64,000 bases of DNA from positions 240,419 to 304,418 of the forward strand of contig JAYPJF010000001.1 in assembly GCA_038128225.1 (NCBI GenBank). Direction: 5' to 3'. A model generated the notes under the pieces. The model did no database searches. It was not told the DNA's origin and worked only from the letters and a program-made list of their open reading frames with translations. Position numbers and translations under genes: made by a program. This document shows, piece by piece, positions 1 to 10,488 of the stretch (positions within the stretch are counted from its first letter, which is position 1; each line of letters opens with the position of its first letter). This stretch comes from a bacterium. GTDB taxonomy: Bacteria; Patescibacteriota; Minisyncoccia; Phycocordibacterales; UBA2100.

Positions 1-8
1 GCGCGCCG

Positions 9-3000
9 ATGATAAGTCATGCAGTGCCGCCACCACCTGGCGGAGCTCCGACACCGTCAACCGCAGCTCCAACAGAAGGATCCACGGAAACAAGTGAAGA
101 CGCGGCAAACAAAGGCGAAAAAAAACCGGAAACAGCCGTAAAGGAAGAAAACGACCCATGCAAAAAAGCTCCAAATTCTGTTGAGTGCGAGAATCAGCTT
201 AAGTCAGGAAAAAAACCAAAATGTGGAACCGTTACGTATCAGCTTCCAGACGGGAGCAGTATTAAGTGTGCAAAAGCTGCTCCAAAAAATGGTAGTTGTA
301 CACAAGACACCAGCGCAAAAGTCTGTTCACAGACGGATCTTGGGCGTGGCGAAACCTATCCAGGAAGTGCCGATACCAATCCAACATACAAACCGCCTTC
401 GACCGGGGAGGCGAGCGTTGATCCAGGCGACGCGTTTGGGGAAGTAGATCCTGGAGAAAGTTATGGATTTGACCCTGACTTCGACCCCGGAAAGGCAATA
501 GAAGAATCTGGCTCTATCAAACCGGGTGTTTCAGGGACCACAGAAACACCTGAAATAAAATACGCCTCCCCAGAAGAGTTTTTATATAACGGCAGTAAGC
601 CATCAGCTGAATTTGTTCAAGCAGCACTAAAGAGTCTGGGTCCGGGAGGCAGCTTTACGCCGCTCTCGAATTTTAGTAGCGATTTATCATCGTTCTATTT
701 TCCACCTTCTTCTGGGTTGGGAAGTGTGCGACTTGATCCAACTATAGATTATGGTTCATTCGGCTCTTTTACCGCACCATCAACATTTTCAGCTATGCCG
801 CGCGCTGTTCCTACTGTGCCGGTAACTGACTTTCAAACATTCGCACCCCCCTCGATAACATATTCATCACTGGCGGGTTCTGATTTTGCTTTTGATCCAG
901 CAACAGGACTGTGGGCCGATGGGCTCGGGGCCATATCCGACACCGGGTCTCCGTTCGGCCGTGTGGTTTTTGAAGACCCGTCTGTTGGGACAGGTTTCTC
1001 CTTTTCGAGCGCTGCGGGATTTCCTGAGGCAGCACTTACCGGGACCGCTATTGATGTTGAGAAAGGTGGCGCTGGCGCATTGTCTGCACTCGAAGGAACC
1101 GCAGCGGATTACTTTGGAACAGCAGGTACCGATTTATCAAAAGCGTTCGATTTGAATAGCCAAGCAGGTATCACTGTTATTGCCGATACCGCAGTGGCAA
1201 CAGAAGTCCCGGGCACGTTTCTTGCGGATCCAAAAGTAACACTCGCCGATATCACCGGTGCAGTCCTTAAAGGAGATTTATTTGAAGGCGGTCGCTTGAT
1301 TGGGCAGGGCGTGCGCGGATTATATGGAGACTTGGCGCGACGGTTCGAAGGCGCGTCGGATTTATTCGCGAGTTACTTACCGTGGACACAGAATACCCTC
1401 ACTACACTAGATGGAGTAGATGAGTTTGCACCAGGAACCATCCTTGGGGGGTTCGATAGTATCGGTACTGAATCTGTAAATGGAATACCAGGGTATGAAT
1501 CCCCTTTAACGAGTGAGTTTGTGATAATCGACGCCACGGGGGACATTGTCTCGGTGACATCGGCGCCGACACAAAATTTTCCCACAACCATCGATGACCT
1601 TATCGCAGTAGGCGAAGCGCGCGGGGTGAGCGGTGAAAGTTACGACCCAAAAACAGGTACGTATAGTTACGATCCGGAGCAAGAAGGCGGATTGGTTCCA
1701 GGAGTAAGTTTTGCAAGTGCGGACGAAGTTGCCGCACCTGTTAATTCTGAAATACAAAACCCTGAGATGGGAGGATCTGCGGCGCGAAAAGCGTGGAATG
1801 ACTATATTGACGCGTCTTCGAGACTCGCGCAGCTTGAAGCGTCTTCCGTGTCTGATCCGCTTGCAGTTGCGGGGTACGAACGGGAATTGGAAGCGGCTCG
1901 AGCGCGTGTTGCCGCACTTGATCCTTCACGATCGAGACTGAGTATTTCGGATCAATACTTTAGAACCGCCGCGGTTGATTTTGACGCGCTGGAACAGCAG
2001 GCAGTCGAAGACCCAAATACATTATTCGGGACAGATTTTACTCCGAATCCAGAAAACGCAGCTGCTGTTCGGCGACTCGTTGATTACAACAACGCAATTG
2101 CAACAGATCAGGCTATCTTCTCTCAAAAAGTTAAACACCTCAATGCGTTGGTTGCTGATAACGAGCTTATGTACAACATGCAGGATGCTATTAAAACTGA
2201 ATTGGCGCGAGAACGATCAGAAAGTTTTTGGAAAAGCGCACTTGAACTGAATACACTGAACCCTTGGGGTGATTTTCGACACCAACAACTCGAAGAGCTC
2301 CAAGGCGCTATCGACACAAACATCGGTCTCATCGATTGGGCCTCGGGATCATGCCCGGAATGTTATGACGCGCTTTATGGTACGGCTGCAGATACTCAAG
2401 CAGAGGTAGTCGCACAGAAACAATTGCTCCAATATGCACGAGATAGAGGCGGCTCAGTCACAAAATGGGAGCTGGCACGTGTTACCGACGATTTTGGTAA
2501 TTTAATCGGGTCACCACCATCACCTGAAGAGTACGCGCGGAATGTGTGGGGCGTCGGGGTTGATGAGACAGGTGTGCCGATAGTACCTGCGCTGGAAACA
2601 AAACGAAGTGAAGCAGGCCAGCTCGCGAATTACGTTTTAACCGGACAAACTCCAGCAGACCCGACTCTTGCAGCAGAGTTGGTTGCAGCAACCGGGGGTG
2701 CTGAACGGGATGCGCGTCGCGCAGTCGTTGACGATACGGTTCCGTGGTTTTCTAAACCAATTACATGGCTTAACAATCAAGCCGAAGCACTGAATGAGTA
2801 CGCTGTTCAGCCGTGGCACTACGATCCGGAATCAGGAACGATTATTGAGCATTCAATAGGGGGCCGCGTTTTGGGATTTGTTGGAGGCGCATTAGCTGAC
2901 GAGGTTGCAGGAGTCGGTCAATCTGTGGGTATATATGGGGAGAATCTTTTTGGCACAGAGGGAGCTCCAAACATGACAACGTTATTAAGCGAGGCCGAAG

Positions 3001-6000
3001 CAAGTAGAAGAATGATTCGCACACTACCTCAGAACATACTCGTAGATACTGGGGAAGCGGCACTTACAGCGTTCGATATTGCAGTCCCGTACGTTGGTGT
3101 GGGTCCTGATATGTGGAGAGTGGGAAAAAGCGCGGCGTCTGCGATAGGGGTCCGAATCGCCGAAGGGCCAGCACTCGCTCCTCCTGGGTTTGGGTGGCTT
3201 GTGCGCGGGGCGGAAAGCTTAGCTCCTCCGCCGATAAGTCTTGGTACCTTGAGTCCAGAGGTTGCGGTAGTATCACCGAGCGCGTTTCCGGCTACCCCAG
3301 GTGTGGCTGCCGATTACGCACCAGTAGTAATTAGCGGGCGATCAGGAGCAACCGCTACGGTACCTCCAGCACCGAGAGTGAGCGCGGCGGATTCATTGAT
3401 GGGGTCGGGTGGCCCTTCGCTTAGTAGCGGCATATCTCCTGCAGTGGTTAAGAATACTGCTCCTTCTGCAAGAAAGATTTCTGATACACCAGCGGTGCCG
3501 CGCGCGGGTTCAGCTCCCGCTAGTAGTGTGAGCGTGCCTGAGCTTGGCGACTTGGCAGGCGCAGAGACCGGCCCATTTTCGACATCATTGTTTCCTCGTG
3601 TTCGTGAAGCGTGGAGAGAATTCGGAGCACCCATAAGAATGCCTTCTTCAGCAGCGTTTTCGCCGAGCCCGCTCCAGTTATTAGAAGGGGCATCAGAAGG
3701 ATTAGGAGGAGTGGTTAAGCTTGGGCAGGCTGTGGCAAGCGATGTGTATGATCTTGGGGTACGGGCGTTTGGTTTGGCGGAAGCACCTTCGCCTACAGTA
3801 TTATTTCCAACGCCAGCAAGTGTCGACGAAATTGTAAAACTTGCAGAACAGGCTGACGGTCTGGCTGTTATTGCTGCTGGCAGCTCTGACTTTGCTGCAA
3901 GCGCACGCTTCAGTGAAGCGAGGGCATTGCTAAACCAGGCGCTCGAAAGTTTTAAGGCGGGAGATACCGGTGTTGCTGCTCAGCTTGCGAGAGAGGGAGC
4001 GGAAAAACTCGACACGGGGGCGCGAATTTTTGCACCAAACGCCGCCGAGAATGGACTCAATGCGTTTATCGCGCACGTCGACGAAGTGAGACTTTCAAGT
4101 GTCGCAGAAGTGCCCGTGGCCCCCGTAATGCCGGCAGGGGGATCTCTTACAGGAGCGGGTCGCGACTTATCAACAGGATCTCGTGTCTCTGGTCTTAATG
4201 TTGTTGCTGAACCTGAAGGGCTTGGGAGCGGGGGGGTGCGCGCCGCGGCTGATGTTTCAACAACTCCATCACCAAACGCGCTCATAGATGACTCGATAGG
4301 CACGCCGTCGCTTGGTGAGGGTGTGACCAATAATCCCACACTCAACCGACTTCTTGGCTATCGTGGCCCGAAAGGCGAGACACTACATTTGGTGGAAGAA
4401 GGGTGGAACCTTGCTCTTAACAAGGACCTCCCATTTACATACCCTGATTCTCGAGCGTTTCCTCGTGCTCAAAGACCTGAATATACGCGTAATCTCGATG
4501 ACCTCATAAAGACCGTAGTCGATGATGTTAATGGCCCCATAATTTCTGACACGTTTGCAAGTCATGCTGAGCGAAGTATATGGAGGTATCAAATTCTCGA
4601 ACCCCTCGATCCGGAGGCTGCCATGCTGCTACAAAGAAACTTTTTACGGACAAATCGTTTTTCTTCCATACGTTCTGCAATGGAGACTGTTATTGGGGGT
4701 TCGGAAAGATATGGCGTCAATTCAGCTTTTGTACAGAATTTAAAAAATGCAGTTGCAAAAATCGAGGATTTGCAAGCAGGGTACGAACAATTGCCTCTAG
4801 CACAAAAGGTCGAGCGGGCGAGGGCGATCCGAAGCATAGCCAAAGAAGCATTTATTGACGAAGTTGCTCCATATCTTAAAAATGCTCCGCTGACGAATAC
4901 CGGAGAAGGTTCGTTGATACCAACGACCGTCCCAAGCGAGACTGCGCAAAAGTCTTTAGTGGGGCGGGTGATGGAAACGGCGCGTACTTCGGTACTTGCC
5001 GCATTTTTGCTTACAAACGGTGATGTGTTGGCGCGTCCCTTTACAATGCTCGATGACGCCCTCGGCGTTCCGATGGTATCAAGAGTGGTAGACGATGTTT
5101 TTGGAATAAACCCTGCTGCTGCGGCGGACGGAAACCCTGCTGATATTGGGGTGATGAAAAGTGCGATTGGTAAACTCAAAGGACAAGGCACGCTCGACGA
5201 GCTTTCGTTGATCCGAAACGATCCTGAACGTTTAGCTATTGTCATGAGCACTGTATACGATGAGCTTGAAAGCGCGGGGCGGCTGGCACCTCAATTCAAA
5301 AGTAAAAAAGAGTTTTTTGCATTTGCAAATGCAATGATTACGCGCGAAATAGAAGTTCCGTCGCTTGCAAGCTTTGGCATAAACGGCTCCGGGCTAGGGC
5401 AGTTAACCGGAACGGGTATCAGGGGGGTGTGGGGGACAGACCTCCCATACGCCATGTCGATTATTCGAAGAAACGATTCGGTCAATTTAGTAACTTCGCT
5501 CACTTTGCTCAACAAAGAAGTCTTGGAAAATGGAACGCTCTACTTGGGGGCGCGAGGATACAATGGGAACCCTGTACTCAGAAATGCGTATGGCAAACAA
5601 GTCGTTGAACTAACGGTAATGTATGAAAATGCGCTTGATACTGTGTTTGTTACTCCCGATGCGGCAATAGAAGAAACATTAGGTGCTGCACGGCGATACG
5701 CGCCAAAGACCGCCGAAGCGGGTGAATGGGCCGAAGTAATTCGGGCGCAAGCGCGGATTCTCGGGGGAACCGATATGGAACCAATACTTGTTGCGGGGAG
5801 ATCTGCGAATACTCCTATGGGGCCGATTTTAGCCTCGCTCGCTCCTCCGCAACCGATAGAAATAGTACCGGTGAGCGCGGTTGGTGGAGGAAAGGTTGTT
5901 GTGGGCAATACCCCCGCCGTTACACCAGGAGTCACCGCAGTAGTCGCCCGGACTGAAAGCGGTGTCAATACCGGAGTACGCGCCTCTGCTTCTACACCTA

Positions 6001-9000
6001 CGCTTGCGGCTTTAATAGAGGAAGGCACAGAGGCTCTACGAACCCTTACTGGATTGCCGAGGGCGTTGGTTGACGAAGTACCGGCGAGAGCGCCAACGCC
6101 AGTAGAATCTTCAGGTTCTCTTGTCGCGTTGCGACCACGCACACCTCGTGTGGAGGGGCTTCCAGAAAGCATTGCCGCAAGAGCAGATGAGACTGGGGAA
6201 GGTGCGTTACTTGGAGTGCCAGATGAATTATCGAGTGGAACAGTGAATGGTGGCGCGGCGTCTTTCAAGAATCTTTTGGATCGAGCTGATGGCATCGTTT
6301 TCAGCGGTACTGTGGACGACGGTATCGGTGCAGGCGCGTCCCTCGACGATGTTTCTAGCGCTGGCGTGGAGAGTATCGCGCGGCGATTTGCACCAAAGCC
6401 ACCTTCGACTTTAGCAGCAGAGAGGCCGTCGCTATTCAGTCGCTTTTTTGGAGACCGGGGCGCAGAAAGTGTTTCGGCGGTTGATGTCGATGCCGCAATT
6501 CGTGGGCTAGGACCAAGAGGGACAACAGGTATCATCGATGAGCCCATAGGGAGCGCATCGGTTGGCGTGTCAGAAAACGTGATTGGTGATGTCGCTGTGA
6601 TTGGTGATGAGCTTGGTGAGCTCCCGGCATTTTTGAGGGGTGGGGATCTGCCCCCGAATGTTCAAGGAGTATTGGATTCGCTCACGCCTGATGCAGTAGA
6701 GATTGAGGCGATCCCAGCCTCTACTGGCCGAGCACTCGCGGTGCTGGGATCGGCGCCTGAAGAGATTGTGTTATCTAGCCGGTGGCTCGACGCAGAGGCA
6801 CGTCTTCTAAAAGCGCAAACAGGCACGGTGGGCGAAGGGGTTATCGCGCTCCCAGATCTGGGCGTTGTCGATGAGGTAGTTGATTTAGCGAGATTTATCG
6901 AAGATCCGATTGGCGCAGGGGCATTGTTGCCTGAGCCTCGAGTTACAACGGCTCGACCAACAGTAGGGACGTCTTTCGACGATACAGTGCGCGACATGAC
7001 GGAGCGGGCAGGTCGGGCGGCAGCAGCCGACCTAGCAGGCACTCTTAACGCACGCGCTGACGCGCTTATGAAAGAAGCAGCAGCAGCGCGGGCGTATGTA
7101 ACCAGTATTGATTCATACGGCATGACGCCTCGCGCACGCATTTTTGAGAGCGCGAGCGCTTCGTACGATGTTGCAGCGCGAGAAATGCGAGAGGCGGCGA
7201 TTCGACTCGATGAAACACTCGCGCTATCGCTTGATGACGCTGTGGAACTCGGGCGCGATGCAGAACGCGCGGCGTTGCGTGGTCGTGAAGCAGCGATCGA
7301 GGCCTATCGATTGGCGCAAATCGGACGATTTGCTGACGATGCGGTAGTGCTAAGAGAACTCGGGATAACACCAACTATCGCGGCTGATGTAGCTCCACTA
7401 AGTAGTGCGTTTCGATCGCTTGAGGCAGTCCCAACAAGTCATGCGGTGCTCGCCGGGGTACCGGGAGGTCCGACAAGCGGAGCGCTTTCAGATGGAGTTG
7501 CCCGGATGGCCGAAAGTATCGGGGGTGCGGGGCAGTCACTGCGCCAGTGGGTTACAAGGACTCTTCAAGATAGCGCTGTGTCACTGGATTCAATGACTCG
7601 CTCGGCGCTCGCCTATCGAAATATTTTTGACAACCTCCTCGAAAGAGGAGCGGCAAGTTCGGAGCGGGGTTTTGCAAACATCGACAACATTTTGCGGCGG
7701 ATGAACGAAACAGTTTCCGAATCTATGGATGTGCGGGTTGTTCGCGACGCGCGCACAGATCTTTCGTACGCGCGGTCTCTCGCGCGGGTGCGCGAGAGTG
7801 CGCACAGGCTCGAAGCGCTCACGGACCTCGGGCGAAGTGCGGAACTCATCCGGGCGGCAGACCGGTACGCTGATGCAGTTAGATCTTTTGATGAATCCAT
7901 TGCAGCGCTTGACAGAGCTGAACAAGTTACAACAAGCGCCGCGCGGCGTGGATATGTGGAAGGTGCTGTTTGGAATGGCACGCAAGCGCGCGCTGCTATA
8001 CAGGACGCAGAGCGCATACTTGCGCAAACCGACACTGCAGCGACCACATGGCGTGATCGCATAAAACGACTGTACCCATTAGCAGCCGTACTATTACTTG
8101 ATGATGATACAACACAAAACCCAGGCGGTATATCTCCCGAATTTAGTGAAACGCACATCGATTCTTGCGAAGGCGGTACGTGTGTTCTGACCGATATAAG
8201 CACCGGGGAAAAGTTTCTGGTAAGCGGAGTTGATTTTTCAGATGTCGTACGCTCGGGAATTGTCTGTAACGAAACCGGATGCCAATTGTATATAGAACGG
8301 GAGGGCAAAGGTGCTGAGGCGCTTTCGCTTGAATCAGGGCGTGACGGAGCCCTCTTTCCCAAGAGCGAGGAATCATTCGGGGGAAGTGGCGAAGAAGACA
8401 CAACTGTCCTAGGAGTGGCTGCGGTCACGGAATCAGACACCGGGGACGCTCTCGCAGATGATGGTGTAGCTGGCGAAGAAGGTGACGCAACAAGATCCGA
8501 TGACACAGGCGGCGAGCGCACAGACATTATTCCTGAAGGTACCGGTGACGATTCTACAGGTGGAGTAGCAGATGCGAAAGATGACGGAGGCGGAGACGGC
8601 GCATCTGACGCAACGGCGAGCGGGTCGGGAGATGCAACTGGTGGGACTACACCTGGGGTTGGTGGGGGCGGGGCTTCGTCAGGTGGTGGAGAAGGGCTCA
8701 GTGGCTTACTCAATAACCTGCTTTCGATGCTTAGCGGAAAACAGCAATCAGCGTCGGGGGGATCGGAGAATCCGGAAGTGTTACCACCCGCAGCGCCCAC
8801 CAAACCCCGTTTAAGTTGTGCTGATGTGATCGCGCTTGTTAAACCACATGGGGAGAGTGTTGGCGAAGGAAAAACAACAGTCTCGTGGGGTTGTTATGGT
8901 GAGGCGACCGCAGCGCGCGGCATAGGTTTTAAACTCGGGGCAACAGAGAGTAATAGTGGGGCTGCGAGTGGGTCATTTGTCGTCCCTGTTAAAGATACTG

Positions 9001-9569
9001 GTCAACAAAAACTCACGCTCGGTATCGAATGTGTCCGAGGAGGCACCGTGTTGGGTAAGCGCACGTGCGACATTCCTGTCGTGCGGCCGAGTGCAACAGT
9101 GGTTGTTGCGCCGTCAGCGGTAGCGCGCGGCGCGACGGCGCGCATTTCATGGAGCAGTGTTGAAACACTCGGAAGCGCAGATGCATGTCGCCTCTACGGT
9201 CCTGAGTCCGCGTTACTCGACACAGGAAAAGCAACAGGCGAAGCGTTCACGCCCCCGCTGAGGCGGAACACAGAATTCGCGCTTCAATGTGACACCAAAG
9301 GAGGCGGGGTATTACTCCATAAATTCATCATTTCGGTACTCGATGACACCGGGGATGCGGTAAAAGTTATTATCCCCGCGCGCACACAAGCATCGGTGAT
9401 GTCTACGGAAAATACGAGCGCAGAAGAATTTTTAGGATCAAACACGGGTTCACAAACGACTGGCAGCGGTGGATTCACTGGCACAAGCGGGGGTACTACG
9501 GTGGAGTTGTGTAATCCGGAAGATGGCATCTATATCTTCACTCAATGTATTCTAAACAGTTCGATATAG
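9..9569 (+). CDS. giant secreted/surface protein (3186 aa inside window; N-terminus probably continues upstream of window start)
   Basis: One uninterrupted 9.5-kb ORF. Reading frame is open back to position 3 and the first in-window Met has no signal peptide, so the gene is probably 5'-truncated by the window. N-terminal ~400 aa Pro/Thr/Gly/Ser-rich low complexity, long middle region with helical/coiled-coil-like composition, acidic Gly/Asp/Thr linker, then C-terminal Cys-framed repeats (..TVSWGCYGEA..IECVRGG..; ..ISWSSVETLGSADACRLYGP..FALQCDT..). Function unknown. Confidence 0.8.
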   Translation: MISHAVPPPPGGAPTPSTAAPTEGSTETSEDAANKGEKKPETAVKEENDPCKKAPNSVECENQLKSGKKPKCGTVTYQLPDGSSIKCAKAAPKNGSCTQDTSAKVCSQTDLGRGETYPGSADTNPTYKPPSTGEASVDPGDAFGEVDPGESYGFDPDFDPGKAIEESGSIKPGVSGTTETPEIKYASPEEFLYNGSKPSAEFVQAALKSLGPGGSFTPLSNFSSDLSSFYFPPSSGLGSVRLDPTIDYGSFGSFTAPSTFSAMPRAVPTVPVTDFQTFAPPSITYSSLAGSDFAFDPATGLWADGLGAISDTGSPFGRVVFEDPSVGTGFSFSSAAGFPEAALTGTAIDVEKGGAGALSALEGTAADYFGTAGTDLSKAFDLNSQAGITVIADTAVATEVPGTFLADPKVTLADITGAVLKGDLFEGGRLIGQGVRGLYGDLARRFEGASDLFASYLPWTQNTLTTLDGVDEFAPGTILGGFDSIGTESVNGIPGYESPLTSEFVIIDATGDIVSVTSAPTQNFPTTIDDLIAVGEARGVSGESYDPKTGTYSYDPEQEGGLVPGVSFASADEVAAPVNSEIQNPEMGGSAARKAWNDYIDASSRLAQLEASSVSDPLAVAGYERELEAARARVAALDPSRSRLSISDQYFRTAAVDFDALEQQAVEDPNTLFGTDFTPNPENAAAVRRLVDYNNAIATDQAIFSQKVKHLNALVADNELMYNMQDAIKTELARERSESFWKSALELNTLNPWGDFRHQQLEELQGAIDTNIGLIDWASGSCPECYDALYGTAADTQAEVVAQKQLLQYARDRGGSVTKWELARVTDDFGNLIGSPPSPEEYARNVWGVGVDETGVPIVPALETKRSEAGQLANYVLTGQTPADPTLAAELVAATGGAERDARRAVVDDTVPWFSKPITWLNNQAEALNEYAVQPWHYDPESGTIIEHSIGGRVLGFVGGALADEVAGVGQSVGIYGENLFGTEGAPNMTTLLSEAEASRRMIRTLPQNILVDTGEAALTAFDIAVPYVGVGPDMWRVGKSAASAIGVRIAEGPALAPPGFGWLVRGAESLAPPPISLGTLSPEVAVVSPSAFPATPGVAADYAPVVISGRSGATATVPPAPRVSAADSLMGSGGPSLSSGISPAVVKNTAPSARKISDTPAVPRAGSAPASSVSVPELGDLAGAETGPFSTSLFPRVREAWREFGAPIRMPSSAAFSPSPLQLLEGASEGLGGVVKLGQAVASDVYDLGVRAFGLAEAPSPTVLFPTPASVDEIVKLAEQADGLAVIAAGSSDFAASARFSEARALLNQALESFKAGDTGVAAQLAREGAEKLDTGARIFAPNAAENGLNAFIAHVDEVRLSSVAEVPVAPVMPAGGSLTGAGRDLSTGSRVSGLNVVAEPEGLGSGGVRAAADVSTTPSPNALIDDSIGTPSLGEGVTNNPTLNRLLGYRGPKGETLHLVEEGWNLALNKDLPFTYPDSRAFPRAQRPEYTRNLDDLIKTVVDDVNGPIISDTFASHAERSIWRYQILEPLDPEAAMLLQRNFLRTNRFSSIRSAMETVIGGSERYGVNSAFVQNLKNAVAKIEDLQAGYEQLPLAQKVERARAIRSIAKEAFIDEVAPYLKNAPLTNTGEGSLIPTTVPSETAQKSLVGRVMETARTSVLAAFLLTNGDVLARPFTMLDDALGVPMVSRVVDDVFGINPAAAADGNPADIGVMKSAIGKLKGQGTLDELSLIRNDPERLAIVMSTVYDELESAGRLAPQFKSKKEFFAFANAMITREIEVPSLASFGINGSGLGQLTGTGIRGVWGTDLPYAMSIIRRNDSVNLVTSLTLLNKEVLENGTLYLGARGYNGNPVLRNAYGKQVVELTVMYENALDTVFVTPDAAIEETLGAARRYAPKTAEAGEWAEVIRAQARILGGTDMEPILVAGRSANTPMGPILASLAPPQPIEIVPVSAVGGGKVVVGNTPAVTPGVTAVVARTESGVNTGVRASASTPTLAALIEEGTEALRTLTGLPRALVDEVPARAPTPVESSGSLVALRPRTPRVEGLPESIAARADETGEGALLGVPDELSSGTVNGGAASFKNLLDRADGIVFSGTVDDGIGAGASLDDVSSAGVESIARRFAPKPPSTLAAERPSLFSRFFGDRGAESVSAVDVDAAIRGLGPRGTTGIIDEPIGSASVGVSENVIGDVAVIGDELGELPAFLRGGDLPPNVQGVLDSLTPDAVEIEAIPASTGRALAVLGSAPEEIVLSSRWLDAEARLLKAQTGTVGEGVIALPDLGVVDEVVDLARFIEDPIGAGALLPEPRVTTARPTVGTSFDDTVRDMTERAGRAAAADLAGTLNARADALMKEAAAARAYVTSIDSYGMTPRARIFESASASYDVAAREMREAAIRLDETLALSLDDAVELGRDAERAALRGREAAIEAYRLAQIGRFADDAVVLRELGITPTIAADVAPLSSAFRSLEAVPTSHAVLAGVPGGPTSGALSDGVARMAESIGGAGQSLRQWVTRTLQDSAVSLDSMTRSALAYRNIFDNLLERGAASSERGFANIDNILRRMNETVSESMDVRVVRDARTDLSYARSLARVRESAHRLEALTDLGRSAELIRAADRYADAVRSFDESIAALDRAEQVTTSAARRGYVEGAVWNGTQARAAIQDAERILAQTDTAATTWRDRIKRLYPLAAVLLLDDDTTQNPGGISPEFSETHIDSCEGGTCVLTDISTGEKFLVSGVDFSDVVRSGIVCNETGCQLYIEREGKGAEALSLESGRDGALFPKSEESFGGSGEEDTTVLGVAAVTESDTGDALADDGVAGEEGDATRSDDTGGERTDIIPEGTGDDSTGGVADAKDDGGGDGASDATASGSGDATGGTTPGVGGGGASSGGGEGLSGLLNNLLSMLSGKQQSASGGSENPEVLPPAAPTKPRLSCADVIALVKPHGESVGEGKTTVSWGCYGEATAARGIGFKLGATESNSGAASGSFVVPVKDTGQQKLTLGIECVRGGTVLGKRTCDIPVVRPSATVVVAPSAVARGATARISWSSVETLGSADACRLYGPESALLDTGKATGEAFTPPLRRNTEFALQCDTKGGGVLLHKFIISVLDDTGDAVKVIIPARTQASVMSTENTSAEEFLGSNTGSQTTGSGGFTGTSGGTTVELCNPEDGIYIFTQCILNSSI

Positions 9570-9573
9570 AACA

Positions 9574-10038
9574 TTAGAAACCAAGCGCTTCGAAAAGCGT
9601 GAAAGTCCACGGCTCGGTAAGCTCGACTTCAGGAACGCGGCGCGCGCGGAGGAATGCGCGCACTTCTGCCGGGTCGATTCCCTCAACAGGAATAATAATG
9701 TCGGGATTCATAAAGCGAGGGGTGTCGAGAAGGAGTGTAGCGCCGTCTTCATGTTCGCGAACCCAAAATGCGTACATCTCCGGGTAACGAAACGTAAGGT
9801 CGTCAATATGAAATCCGTTTTCATCGAGTTCAAAAATAACGAGCCGTGGCTCACGCATCGCAAACATCCCAAGAGTGAATGCGGCAATGGCAATCAATAG
9901 TGCGAATAAGAAATTTTGAAACAAAATGGCTGTGAGCGCGCTCGAGACAGCGATGACGCCTAACGCCCAGTACCAATCGGCGCCACGCTCAGTATGTTTG
10001 TGCTCGGGTGCTTCCCAGCGAAGTTTCTGGGCGGGCAT
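9574..10038 (-). CDS. hypothetical membrane protein (two predicted TM helices + soluble C-terminal domain), immediately downstream of pilin gene on same strand
   Basis: ORF 154 aa; hydrophobic stretches WYWALGVIAVSSALTAILF and FLFALLIAIAAFTLGMFAM; 3-bp gap to pilin gene suggests co-transcription. No recognisable family. Confidence 0.5.
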   Translation of the reverse strand: MPAQKLRWEAPEHKHTERGADWYWALGVIAVSSALTAILFQNFLFALLIAIAAFTLGMFAMREPRLVIFELDENGFHIDDLTFRYPEMYAFWVREHEDGATLLLDTPRFMNPDIIIPVEGIDPAEVRAFLRARRVPEVELTEPWTFTLFEALGF

Positions 10039-10041
10039 ATT

Positions 10042-10449
10042 TTATGGAGTTGAAACGTTACTGCATCCGGCGCTGTAATTGGGGATCGTGTCAGTTTCGA
10101 GGCAAAAAGTTATTGAGTATGAAGACCCGCCTGCATCTGATTGGTAATCATATGTATATGTTGGATACTGAGGATCCAGCGGGATGGTTGGTAACGCATC
10201 AGCGGCAACGAGCGCGCTTGAAACCGCATCTGCCCCGGTGAGTGGCGTGCTAGCCACCGCAATAGGAAACGTGCTATTCAAAATAGTATACAAACCAAGT
10301 GCGTTGTGGAGTTCTTGCACGTCTTGCATTCTTCGAGCATCGCGACCGCGTTTCCGTACTTCGTTGTACGATGCGAGCCCGATCGCGGTGAGCATTCCGA
10401 TAATGGCGATTACCACCAGGAGTTCGATAAGTGAAAATCCGCGCGACAT
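10042..10449 (-). CDS. type IV pilin-like protein (prepilin with class III signal peptide)
   Basis: Internal Met start gives MSRG|FSLIELLVVIAIIGMLTAIGL: short basic leader, Gly-Phe cleavage site, Glu at +5, hydrophobic helix = canonical type IV prepilin N-terminus. The longer ORF (to 10575) adds 42 non-pilin residues and is rejected. Confidence 0.8.
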   Translation of the reverse strand: MSRGFSLIELLVVIAIIGMLTAIGLASYNEVRKRGRDARRMQDVQELHNALGLYTILNSTFPIAVASTPLTGADAVSSALVAADALPTIPLDPQYPTYTYDYQSDAGGSSYSITFCLETDTIPNYSAGCSNVSTP

Positions 10450-10488
10450 ACCAGAATTGTAGTATGGCTCAGAGTCTGTCTCAATACT

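Noticed and set aside
5540-8803. Large antisense ORFs inside the giant gene (e.g. 5540-6547, 7613-8803, 6662-7141 on the minus strand)
   Set aside because: They lie entirely within the 9.5-kb plus-strand ORF. They have Ala/Ser/Arg-rich compositions typical of GC-rich antisense frames, and no start or RBS context.
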